Shown in pieces: positions 38,089-49,539 of a DNA stretch of 64,000 nt (position 1 is the first letter of the stretch; every line of letters starts with the position of its first letter). Source of the DNA: Lytechinus pictus (lineage: Eukaryota); contig NC_087251.1 in assembly GCF_037042905.1 (NCBI RefSeq), positions 18,292,001 to 18,356,000 on the forward strand, written 5' to 3'. The notes under the pieces are model-generated. The model did no database searches and had not been told where the DNA came from. It saw only the letters and a program-made list of their open reading frames with translations. The translations under genes were made by a program, and so were the position numbers.

Positions 38089-38502
38089 GGGGGGGGAGAT
38101 AACTTGAAGAATCATCTTAAAGATCAATTTCGAGCGAGGATGATTTAGGGGTCACACGGTCAAAGTTGAAAGAGATCATCATTTGAAAATTATAGAAGTT
38201 TTGTGTTTGGAATATATTCTTTGTCTGGCAATAATGGCAGCATTTTTTATTGCATTGTCTTTAAAGTTGTTGTTTTTTAATGTTCCTGGAAAATTTATTG
38301 ATGCTAAAGAATAACTGAAATATTGACTCTTCTTTAAACTGTTATTTTGTAGAATGATGCTGTTGCAGCCACAAGCAACTTACACATGCGATCCAAAGCA
38401 GATAAGTTCCGTTCAGCAGAGGCCAAGATGTCTAGTAGTAATCTGAAGCTTAAGAAAGGAAAAGGAGCAGCATTTTCAAAGCAATATTATGGCTACCAAT
38501 AG
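23428..38502 (+). CDS. cpras1: Circularly permuted Ras protein (cpRAS domain, Sec23/24-like Zn finger, VWA), ~880 aa, 18 coding exons
   Basis: Exons 23428-23568, 25381-25443, 27101-27223, 27648-27830, 28571-28778, 29784-29852, 30769-31057, 31185-31233, 31950-32121, 32663-32738, 33253-33456, 33741-33948, 34541-34789, 35190-35315, 35523-35618, 36129-36220, 37437-37581, 38353-38502; all GT-AG, phases consistent, 2643 nt. Motifs in order: MDFGSKYV; G3 [15 protein letters not shown]4 GNKND; G5 ETSAK; G1 GGGGVGKS; G2 [15 protein letters not shown]...WACEFC; MIDAS DMSGS..T..LCTDG; ends KQYYGYQ*. Confidence 0.92.
26235..26394. mobile_element. MITE (CAGGGGC...GCCCCTG) in cpRAS intron 2; partial copy at ~20930-21030
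   Basis: Inverted termini flanked by TTGTT; internal GGCTGACCAT.CAAAAATCACAATCA.ATGGTCATTT shared with the copy at 20930. Confidence 0.65.
31350..31525 (+). mobile_element. 3' fragment of a SINE with (TTA)n tail
   Basis: ..AAGCGCATAGGGAC..GCTATACAAGAACTGCATTATTATT resembles the reverse complement of the SINE tail at 56519 and of the fragment at ~29947-30075. Confidence 0.5.
36527..37270 (+). mobile_element. 744-bp internally deleted DNA transposon carrying a SAP-like ORF fragment, in cpRAS intron 16
   Basis: Perfect 21-bp inverted ends AATTCTCGCTACCCCAAATAG / CTATTTGGGGTAGCGAGAATT; ORF 36944-37276 begins [29 protein letters not shown] (SAP-like). Confidence 0.8.
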
Positions 38503-41500
38503 ATTGTGGCCAAGTCTGTTGGTCAAGACTTGCTTCAACCAAATCTGTTATTTGACCTATCACTAACAAATATGTAAAGGCATGATCCACAGTCATATTC
38601 ATACCTCAATGTTTTACATTTGCTTTACTTTTATTAATTCCACAACTCGACAAACATCCAGTTCCTGATATATCTGTACATAGTGCAATGAAGTTGTGAA
38701 AGTAAATTCTATTGGAATTCATGTCTTGATGCAAAATCATAAATACAAATATATATGGTTATTCCAAAGATGATCCTTATTATTGGAATGGTGAGGTATG
38801 AAATCTCACCTTTTAATCTGTTATAATCATAATCAAAGTTTGATAAAAAGTATTTTAGTATTTTTATTCCTTATTGGTATATCTCTATTTTAGAATAATT
38901 GTGTGTTGGCTGCATTTTTAAATGTTAATGGAATGGATACCAAGTACTGCGAATTCAAACATTTCCGTGTTTGAATTTTATTGATATTCAATGTTTTTAT
39001 AGAGGTTTTTACAGTTTTATTTTTGTTGCAATATTGCTATTAAGGTTAGATTTATTGGCCTTATTCTGATATTATAATTGAGCTTTTTGTCATTCCAATT
39101 GAGTTTGATATGAAGGAGACAGAATAATTCCATGCTATATGTTAATTTGATATTTATTTTTGTATGTTTTTTTAAAGATTAATGTCTATTCTCTGTTTGA
39201 CTTTCACCCCCCCCCCTGTCTCTCTCCATCACTCACTTCTCTCCCTCTATCTGAATCTCTTTTTCACCCACTCTATCACACACATCCCCACTCTGTTCCT
39301 ACCTTCGCTCTACCTTGCCATGCCTCATGAAGATGATTGACATTGCCAAAGTAACAATATATTTTTCTTTTCATCACCTGTGTACATCCTGAACCTTTTG
39401 TCCAAAGATCTTGGCATGTGCATGCAACGAGAGAGATATTCTGAACATATGTTCGACTTCTGCTCATGCCAAATAACATCTGAATTATACCTGTTAATAA
39501 ATGGGCACTATTTTGTATTTTGCAAGGGCTTAAAAATTGTATAAGAAGTAAATTTCCCGTTCCTTTGGACTTTCATTCTTTATTTGTTGGCATGCTCTGC
39601 CTCCATCTGTCGATGTACATTGATTTTTTTTTTTAGTCATGTGACTAAATTGTATTTTTTGTTATTTGTTTGTGTTTTTTTTCTCATTTATGCATCAAGC
39701 TTTATAAAGTGGGAATATGTTGAGTCAACCAAACGTGGTTTTAGGGTATAGTTGTGACTAGAGCAATTTTATTGATGATTAATTCATGTTTAGTTTTCAA
39801 TATTTGCTATTTCTTGTTCCTATATAACTACATAGCTATACAAAGGTCTTTCGTATTTTGTAAAATATGAATTTTCATGTATGTATACATGTATATAAAT
39901 ATTTTTAAATCTTATGGAGTTACTGTTGATGATAAATGTATTTTGTTCTTATTGTGTTTTACTCAGATGTTGCTTCTAACTTGTATTGAAATATATCATA
40001 TTATAGAGGGTTTTACTCTAATACTCTACTATATAAATGACATGATATTCTGTATGTATTAAAGATAACTTCTCACAGGTTGAGAGAAATGAGATTGTTG
40101 TCCTACCCTGAATTGCAAATTCTGCTCTTGTCATTTTCTAAGCAGATACCTGAAATTATGTCTTTCATTTAATTGTCTTTCATCGATATATTGGATATAT
40201 TGCCACGAGATGTATAACTGCATAGGAGACTTGAGAATTCTAAAATGGCCATTGCTATTCCTTCATCTCATTCTATTGTATCTACCTTTTAAACCATTGG
40301 TTAAATGTTGTATTTTTGTTGTCCAGTAATAATCAAAGAACCACATGTATATTACTTGGTAGCTAGTTACCAAAATCAGTGAATAGTTACCAAACTCAGT
40401 AAAATACGCTGTTATGCCTTGCTGAACACAAATAGACATATATTGAAATAAATATTTTTAAAAACTCATCAAGTCGTTGGGTCGTGTAACACTTGTCTGT
40501 TGTAATGTACGTGCTTGTGAAGTAAGTCCAGTTTCATCGACTGGCGTATGCTGTGTCACTAACGACAGGGAGAAAGAGAGAGAAAGAAAGAAAGAAGGAA
40601 GGAAGAAAAAGAAAGCAAGAATTAAGAAAGAAAGAGAGTTTGAGAGAAAAACAGTTTTGGATGGAGAACATGATAGGTTTTAAACTGATGATGTAATAAT
40701 TAAATCTATTGTGTGAGCAGACAATATAAAACAATGGAACTCAATACAATGAGAAGGATGTACACCATCTGAAGGTGCTCAAATAAAAATATGATCAATT
40801 TCATATAATTTCATGACATTTGCTCCGGAGTCAAACTGCATATGAAAAGGGAAACCAAATTAATTAAACGTGTTTTTAAAGGAATCACAGAGCAGTCAGG
40901 CACTTGTTTGAACAAATTAAACAGATAAGTGAGACAATTGTGAATTTTTTAAGCATTGTAGAAAGGTGTCGTGTCTTTCTTTTAAATTGCCTGCATAGAT
41001 AATTATTTTCTTTGTCACTGGCGTAAATTGAGAACGGGGGGGGGGAGAGTAATATCCCCACACTTTTAGGACAGGAGTGATGACATATACAAGCATTTCT
41101 CCCTTAAACACTTTTTAAAAGGAAATTATAACATTTAATCATTAAATAACTTATACTATTGTTGAATCGTACTAAGTTATAGTTATATACTGTTAAAGTG
41201 GTTGTTTTTTCTATTTATTTCACTGTAAAACACACACAAAATCTCTGGCTCGAATGCTAGCTCAACTCCCTCACTTAATTTTTTTCCAAATTCTAAATAT
41301 AATGACTCCCACAAATCCATACGTATTGTAGCCTATGTTGTATCCATTGGATCATAAGAGTGGTCATCATTTAATTCCAACGACCATTAACATTTAGTGC
41401 CTTGGTCTTGAACTTATTTTATCATAACAATCAGTCATGGCTTTAAATCGGAATTGGGTCTATCCTAGTACTTTTGGGGAGGAGAGGGTAGCGTATATCG

Positions 41501-42404
41501 ACCTCATTCTTCAGGAAAAATATATGAGTTATTTTTTTACATTAATCAAACCAATTATGCTGTTAAAATGATTTTTCTTTATTCATTTTATACTCGACTA
41601 CCTACGATATTCATTAACATTGTACGTATTACACATTACAAGTATTTTTGAATTTGAATTGACTTTGTTCGAAATTTTGAATGTCACATTAACTTCATGT
41701 ATCATTTATGAAATTATTCGAAATATCACTTTCCTGAATTTACTTCATTTTTTTTTTGGGGGGGGGGTGCATCAAAATATAATAGATTGCAATAATGTTT
41801 TTTCATTTCCATAAAAAACATCGACGATCGTTTTCTTTTATTAAAAAAAAGAAAATGTCTTTCAATATAGACCAGTCAGTCGTAAGGTGTGTGGTGGAGA
41901 CTGTCAGTCTAATGAACTAACGCATTAAAAACCCTCCCATCTTTTCTAGTGTTACGTAATATATTGACATAATGATATACAATGGTAGCGTACTTAGGGA
42001 AAGTGAAAACTTACTTCTGTACTTAAGAGAGACATCTCGATGCTACCCTTTTCACTCTTGCAAGAAGGGTTTTGTTTTCGATGGTATTGACACATCTGCT
42101 TGCGGTTATTTACTTTTGACAAAAAATGGGAGATGAGATTGAAGGTTGAAGGGAAAGTGGGAGATGCAAAGCTTAGAGACAGAACATTAAGATGGGATAT
42201 CGAGTTTGAAATGCAGCCTTTGTCCATCATATTGGTCTTCGATCGGTTCATATTGAATCCCATACTGTGATATTTTACACTTGTTGGATTTTATGAAGAG
42301 AACATGAATAACAACATGAGATGCAGTTTAGGAACTAAAGGAACATACGAAATATCGGAAGTTTGTGAAAAAATGTGACTTAATCTTTGACGCAGTTTAT
42401 AGCA

Positions 42405-43842
42405 ATGGATTTGAAATTAACATCTCAGACTATATGTTGGGTGTGTTCGCTGGCCGTTTTCTTTGTATTTCTCTCATTGTATGCCTCTCTCAACGACTGG
42501 GATTCCTTCAAGCCAGAACCTTTTTTTCTTGAACAAAGTTTTTCGAATATGAGCTATGTTTCTAGGGAAATCTACAGACAACGAGACAGGTTAAAAACTA
42601 TGACAATTTCAAGCGAGTCTGGAGGTGCTGAAGTTGACATCGAACTTTCGTCTTTTACGGAGGAAGGGATTAATCAAACCTTCGATGAGATGTTAATACA
42701 AAATGGTGACGATGATGAAGATGGATCAGAGGCACCCCGTGAATCTTTGAATACATCTACTGAAGATATGATGTCTTTAAATGAGACAGTCCCTCCCAAA
42801 TATGACCCTCAAGTCTTTGTTGATCTTTACAAGAATATGACGATCACTGATCTGGGAAAAACCAATCCACCACCATGCAGTCATCGTCATCATGGCCCAA
42901 TGGCGGTTCGGTTCAAGCGTCTTCGGAGAGCTCTTCAATCAGAACTCGGATCTATTTTACATGTTTGAGCCATTGTTTGCTACTAAGGAATTACGAAAAA
43001 TAAAAGGTATTGGATTATATACACCTGAGAGTGAACAACTCTCTAGGAGTATCTTGAGGAAAATGTCAAAGTGCAATTTTGATCCCGGTTTTGTGAGTGC
43101 GTTAGATCATTGGAACGGGAAAACTAAGAACAAAGCGATATGTAAAGCATCGCAAAATTGTAAGATAATATCTCCTAGCTGGATGAGTGGTTTATGTCAT
43201 AAGTACAAAGGCCAAATTGTCACCAAGTTGATAAGAGTTAATTTAGAACTCTTAAGACCACTCGTGGTCGATGATCACACCAATCTAAAAATCATCCACT
43301 TAGTAAGGGACCCAAGAGGCTCTGGATTGTCACGGATAAAATACCGTCTTAGTGATATGAAAATCGCTCCAACAGTCCGTTCTCAATTCCCCCAAACTGG
43401 TCGGTTAAAACCTTTAAAACTTTTAAGTGTCACCCCTGAAACAAGTCAGACTATTCGAGGAATGTGCACGTGGATCAGAAATAATGCAATCGTATCACCC
43501 AATTATCTACCTGCTTGGTTACAGGGTCGTTACTACCTGGTCAGGTACGAAGACTTTGCGGACACCCCTCTTAAGATCACCAAAGACCTTTACAAGTTTG
43601 TAGGAATCCCGTTCAAGAAGGAAGTTAGCGAATGGGTGATGAAGAATACGCATGTGGATGACAAAACGAAACTTCATGGATTAAATAATAAATTTTCAAC
43701 TCACCGAGATTCGCATGTGGCAGCTACGCATTGGATCAAAGATCTCACTAAACTGGAAGTCAAGCAGATAGAGGAGGAATGCATGGATGTTTTAGAACTA
43801 ATGGGTTACCAACCCTATAACCAACTTATGCGCGAAATATAA
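42405..43842 (+). CDS. Carbohydrate (Gal/GlcNAc-6-O) sulfotransferase, CHST1-7 family, interrupted by one frameshift near 42841-42880 (pseudogene, null allele or assembly error)
   Basis: Frame A from ATG 42405: short cytosolic tail, TM segment ICWVCSLAVFFVFLSLYASL, acidic stem. Frame B (+1): VIVIMAQWRFGSSVFGELFNQN..FEPL (5'-PSB), IIHLVRDPRG..SR (3'-PB), VRYEDFA; stop at 43842. Confidence 0.85.
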
Positions 43843-44524
43843 CGAGGTGATCATTGAAATTATATTTACACTGACATTGCTGACATTTTTTTTTATTCAT
43901 CTACAGAATCATTCTTAAAATAACTCACCTGCTGTTCTCGAACGTTCAATTTACGCATTATTACAAAATTATATTGAAATTCTTATTTAACTTCCGTCCG
44001 TATATGATAATGCATTTATTTGTGTTCCTGTAATAAAAAGTGCCCATCGACTGTGAGAGAGGGTAACTTGATCGAATGAAAAATGAAATAAGATTAATAG
44101 TCTAAGATATATACGCTTGTATAGTATTGTATGAATGAAAAGTAACAAATAATTTTATTTCCTGGAAAACGTGGATATGATCATTCCATTGGAAAATCTC
44201 TTAAGAGATTTCGAATTCTTTAAATACATACTATAAAGCACATGGACATCGTCTTAGATACATTTCCGTTTATCCGCCTATAAATGAATTAAGATTTCGG
44301 GGTGAAAAGGCGAATGTAACTCTTAAAAAATGCAGTTGCTGGTACTCCCTCCCTCTCTCTTTCTGATACATTTTAAATGTCATTCATCAATATAAATTTT
44401 GAGTCGACGATATCCTCCAGGCAGGGCCATGCAACACACATAGTGTCACAATTATTTTTAACTTGATCATTTTAAAGAACTTCCCGATCATGTCTACTTA
44501 AACAGTTCAATATACTGCATTATC

Positions 44525-44665
44525 ATATTTTTATTATTATTGATATTATTATTTTTATTATTGTTGTTGTTGTTGTTGTTGTTGTTATTATTATTATTAT
44601 TATTATCATCATTATTATCATTATTATCATCATCATCATCATTATTATTTTATAATATCATTATC
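44525..44665. repeat. Compound (ATT)n/(GTT)n/(ATC)n microsatellite
   Basis: Direct reading. Confidence 0.9.
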
Positions 44666-46849
44666 AGGACCTTATTACTGAAATAGCATGGTGTCATTAT
44701 AACGCATGCATGCGATCATAGTGAAAACCATTTCAGATCCCATATTTAATGGAGCAATATACAATAGCCATTTTAAAAGCTTATCGCTTGTTGGAAAAAC
44801 ATGCATCAGCAGATCTGCTGATTTTCTCCATGAGGAATTGGCGTCAAACATTTTGAATGAATTTAGAAAGTTTGAAACAATTATTTTTTTAAAAGTTTAA
44901 ATAGTTGTTGGAATGACGGGTTTGAATAACGTGCTTAAGATTTCAAGCAGCGTTTTACAATAATTATATACACACCTATTTTTCTCCAGGTCAATGTGAC
45001 ATTGACTTCTCAAGTCAAATTTCACATTACATAATGCTAAAAATATCTTTATATTTGTCGGTAGAACAGATAGAATACCTCTATTGTTACTGTTTGCTTC
45101 TTTTCTAAATAGGAGCTTTACTTCGATCGCTTTCAATTGAAGGGAACGCGAACTTTTGATAACAAACAATTAACACGAGTTTCAGGATAGATTCATTAAT
45201 TATTCATAGCTCTCGATGAAGTAATCAATAGGTATTTGCTCTTAGAATGCATTGTGTTAAGCTCCAGGGGTCCTGTGCACCGGTTAAAGTATATTTAAAT
45301 ACGTAAACAGAAACCCACAGATTTGAAGAGAAATACCACTGAAATAGTTATTATTTTGTATTGCAAAAATTGATTTAAATGTTATATTTTGTAAATATGT
45401 ATATTGAACTATCATTATAAATAAATTTAATTTAATTTGATTTAATATAAAGAATACTTATACATTATATCATATGTATGTATTTATATATATAAATATA
45501 TATCTGAAAGTCTGTTAAGTACTATCTCTACATTGTTTAAAAACCTTAAAAGTATGAAGAGTTTCACAACAATATTTTTAGGTTATTTACTATTACATGA
45601 CAAGAAAATGAATTGAATTAAATTGAATTTGAATTTGACCGATATATTATTTAAAATTTCTAATGAATTATCTATTTGTTGAGTTGATAACGATGAGAGT
45701 ATGGTGATATCCATCAAAGAATACGATTTTTTAAAGATTTCACTGTGTGACGTCACATGCGAGCAGAAGTCCCATATGTCGTAATATGCATTCCATAAAT
45801 TTGCATTTTAAGATGATTAATCAGTGGCGTCGCAACGGGGGGGGGGGGGGGGGCAGGAGGCAACCGTCCCAACGATTTTCAAGTAATGATAGTAAAAACT
45901 GAGGAGTACATAGAGCAGGGCCGGTGAAACGAAGTTGAAAATTGGCACCTTTCCTTTCGAAAAGGGCACAATATCTACCCCACTCACACGACTCATGAAA
46001 CTTAATACAAATACGGAGGGGGTGGTAATGATCTAAGGAATCCAAGAAGGATGAGAACTTGAAGCAAATGTACCCTACTCTCCATTTTTCCTATGGCTTC
46101 TTTTCTGAATCTTGGTCTATCAAATCATACGAGTAAAGACATCATCAGGCCTGAAAACCATCATGATAAATGCCAATGTAAGGTGCAAGTAATGATATCA
46201 TTACTGATTATGGTAATTCCCATTATTTCATGACATGCTACTTTTTTTGCATTTAAAACATATATATTAAGTTTGATGGTAGAAAACAATGACCAGATAC
46301 CCAAATCGCCTAAAGAATTTGAATGAATTCACTAAAATCAGTCACGATATCACGCTTACGTTTTCCTCTGCGCAGCGTTTTGTTTCAAATAGCAACAGCC
46401 TCGTAATCCTCGAGATGATTCAAATTTATGTGAAATTCATCAATTTAAAATGTGTTTTTCCAGACTCTTTTAATAGAGCACTTGTTCCAAAGAAAAAGGG
46501 ACGCCATCAAAGCATTAACAGACTGAGCATTTTTTTACAAACTAGAAAAAATAGGGGCATTTATCAAAAGTAAATTATGGCATGCATATTAAAATAGGGT
46601 ATTCAATTAGAGGTCAAAGGGAATGAATTTCAGTATCAAAATCATTATCACTGAAAAAATATCTGCAATTGAAAGGTTGAAGAGATAATCTTTTCTAAAT
46701 CTTTCATTTACCATTTTAAATGGTTCGACCAACACTTAAATTGTTGGATTCAGCGTTATGAAAGGTTGGATATAACATTTGGAAGGAGTGTCACTCCTCC
46801 AATCTTTCAACTGTTGATCTAACACTTTGGGTTTGATTTTAGAGCGAAT

Positions 46850-47172
46850 TAATCAGTCATTCAATCAATTAAACATTCAATTAATTAAACATTCAATGAG
46901 TTAATCTTTCAATCAAATCAATCAGTCATTCAATCGATCAGTCAGTCATTCATTCATTAAATCAGTCAATCAATCAATCAGTCAATCAATCAATCAGTCA
47001 ATCAATCAATGATTTCATAAGTCATTCATTCAATCAATCAATCAATAATAATCAGTCATTCAATCAATCGATCAATCAATCAACGATTCAATAAGTCATT
47101 CATTCGTTAAATCAATTATTATCAATTAATCAATCAATCATTATCAATTAATCAATCAATCAATCAATCAAA
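46850..47172. repeat. (CAAT)n/(CAGT)n degenerate tetranucleotide repeat
   Basis: Direct reading. Confidence 0.9.
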
Positions 47173-47464
47173 TTATCATGAATTTTCATATCAAAGTTAA
47201 TATTAATTTCACCTTTTGTAGCACAATCAAATTTCCAATTATCTTATTCTGTATTATGTATTATTCATATTTACATTTTTTATTAATATGATTATACATT
47301 CTTTGAATTCAATTAATATCAAACAAACAAATAACAAACAAACAAACATATATTTTATCCCTAATCAATAGAGTTCACTTTGAGATATTTCAGTACTTTT
47401 TTATATCAAACTTTAAGAAGACTTCACCGTGAACACAATAATCAAACTACATTATCTATGATAT

Positions 47465-48497
47465 CAATTAATTTGTTTACAAATTTTTCGGCATTACTCC
47501 TATTTGTTAAAGATCGATATGCTCGATCTGTAATGAAAATCATAAGTCAGAAAAATTGGAACCAGTGGGATTCGAACCTGCCATCTACTGCATGCTTTCC
47601 GGGCAGCAACTTAACCACCAGGCTATTCTGGTTCACGGCTAGGCCACGATGAACTGGAATTCAAATACCTTCGATCTTCTTCTTTCTGACTCATTAGTAT
47701 CCGAATGCTGTCCGCCGTGGACAATATAGTAAATGAAGAGGCTTTAATAGGAGGAAATTAAAATTTGTTAACGAATTTTTCGGCATTACTCCTATACTCC
47801 TATTTGTTTAAGATCGGTATGCTCGATCTGTAATGAAAATCATAAGTCAGAAAAAATTGGACTTCGACTTCGTAAACAAATTATAATTTCCTCCTATTAA
47901 AGCCTCTTCATTTACTATCTATTGTCCACGGCGGACGGCATTCGGATACTAATGAGTCAGAAAGAAGAAGATCGAAGGTATTTGAATTCCAGTTCATCGT
48001 GGCTTAGCCGTGAACCAGAATAGCCTGGTGGCTACGTCGCTGCCCGGAAAGCAGTAGATGTCAGGTTCGAATCCCACTGGTTCAAATTTTTTCTGACTTA
48101 TGATTTTCAATACAGATCGAGCATACCGATCTTAAACAAATAGGAGTAATGCCGAAAAATTTGTTAACAAATTATAATTTCCTCCTATTAAAGCCTCTTC
48201 ATTTACCATCTATTGTGCACGGCGGACGGCATTCGGATACTAATGAGTCAGAAAGAAGAAGATCGAAGGTATTTGAATTCCAGTTCATCGTGGCTTAGCC
48301 GTGAACCAGAATAGCCTGGTGGTTAAGTCGCTGCCCGGAAAGCAGTAGATGGCAGGTTCGAATCCCACTGGTTCTATTTTTTTCTGACTTATGATTTTCA
48401 ATACAGATCGAGCATACCGATCTTAAACAAATAGGAGTAATGCCGAAAAATATAGTAAACAAATTATAATTCCTCCTATTAAAGACTCTTCATTTAC
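47465..48497. repeat. 291-bp repeat: about 1.3 inverted units followed by about 2.1 direct units, each with a tRNA-like segment
   Basis: Plus-strand units begin at ~47874, ~48166 and ~48457; 47465-47860 is their reverse complement. Confidence 0.9.
48303..48374 (+). ncRNA. 72-nt tRNA-like Pol III unit (other copies at 48012-48083 on + and 47559-47634 on -); probably tRNA-derived, not a functional tRNA
   Basis: Terminal stem GAACCAG/CTGGTTC, A box TAGCCTGGTGG, stem-loop GCTGC-CCGGAAA-GCAGT, B box GGTTCGAATCC, then a T-run. The T-stem is mismatched. Confidence 0.5.
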
Positions 48498-48786
48498 ATG
48501 AATTAATAATTTATGTACATATCTATACATTTATTGGACATTATGATAAACTTGTTTGATACTGACTGATATATTTTCTTGTCTTCCATTTGTAATCTCA
48601 GACTACATTTCGACATAGTAAAAAAGAGGTTAATGGTGGTTCGAAGCACGGTAAGTCTCTCTTAACAATCCTTTTTGGAACCCTTTAAGGTATAGTGGTA
48701 ATATAATTTATGTGAACACTCTTGGGAGAAAGGGATTCTAATATTCGACGATTTCGTAAAAGTATATTACTTTGATTTTGAAAATA

Positions 48787-48903
48787 TTAATAATAATAAT
48801 AATAATATAGGGTATTTATATTGCGCACATATCCACCTTGTTAGGTGCTCAAGGCGCTCCTATATTACCCGGCTAAGCTAGGCGTTCATAGCGCACACAG
48901 CTA
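48787..48903 (-). mobile_element. Truncated 3' part of the same SINE as 56519-56798
   Basis: Near-identical (AAT)n-ATAGGGTATTTATATTGCGCACATATCCACCTTGTTAGG..GCACACAGCT. Confidence 0.8.
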
Positions 48904-49539
48904 TTAGGAAGTATCCAAGAGAAAGAATGCAAGAAAAATAACAGAAAACATATAGGCCTACTTTACAATGGTCCATACGTTGAATTAAGAAATGAAATCG
49001 ATTGATTTTATTTTGAACAATTATTTTCTATGTATAATGGTTATAATGTTATTTGTACCCTATATCGTGCCATAATCGTTGCAACCTCATCAATTTTTGC
49101 TCTCGAAAGGACGAAGGACTATTTTTTTTTATTCGTTTGCCGTTTTGTCTAAATAATCGAATCATAACTAAACTTTTTGTACCTAATATGAATCACAAGT
49201 TTCACTCCTGTTGCGTGACTGTGATCAATATTCCTCAAAGGTTTATATATTTCAGTAAAATACCATAAAATACATCGTCAATATCTCTATTTTCCACCTT
49301 ACGCTTCTTCTCTCCCATCCTTTGCATACGTATAGAGGCGTCGGAGTGACGATGATAATAATTCTACTTTACTGGAAGAGGTGTCGGTGGACATCGTATA
49401 TAAGTCTTAAATTCAGTTATACAAAACGGTAAAACATTGCCTCCATCTTAGAAAGAAAGAGATAAAATATTCCAGATTTTTTATAGACCTGAAAATAAAA
49501 TGATGAAGAGGAAGAAGATCCCGGTCGAACATTCAGAGG

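Noticed and set aside
42854..42860. G_GGA_AAA slippery heptamer as a programmed -1 frameshift in the sulfotransferase
   Set aside because: The catalytic domain is in the +1 frame, so a -1 shift would not reach it.
48012..48083. Functional tRNA-Ser(GGA) gene
   Set aside because: Mismatched T-stem, shifted acceptor register, C in place of the invariant U before the anticodon, no long variable arm, and embedded in a satellite-like repeat.
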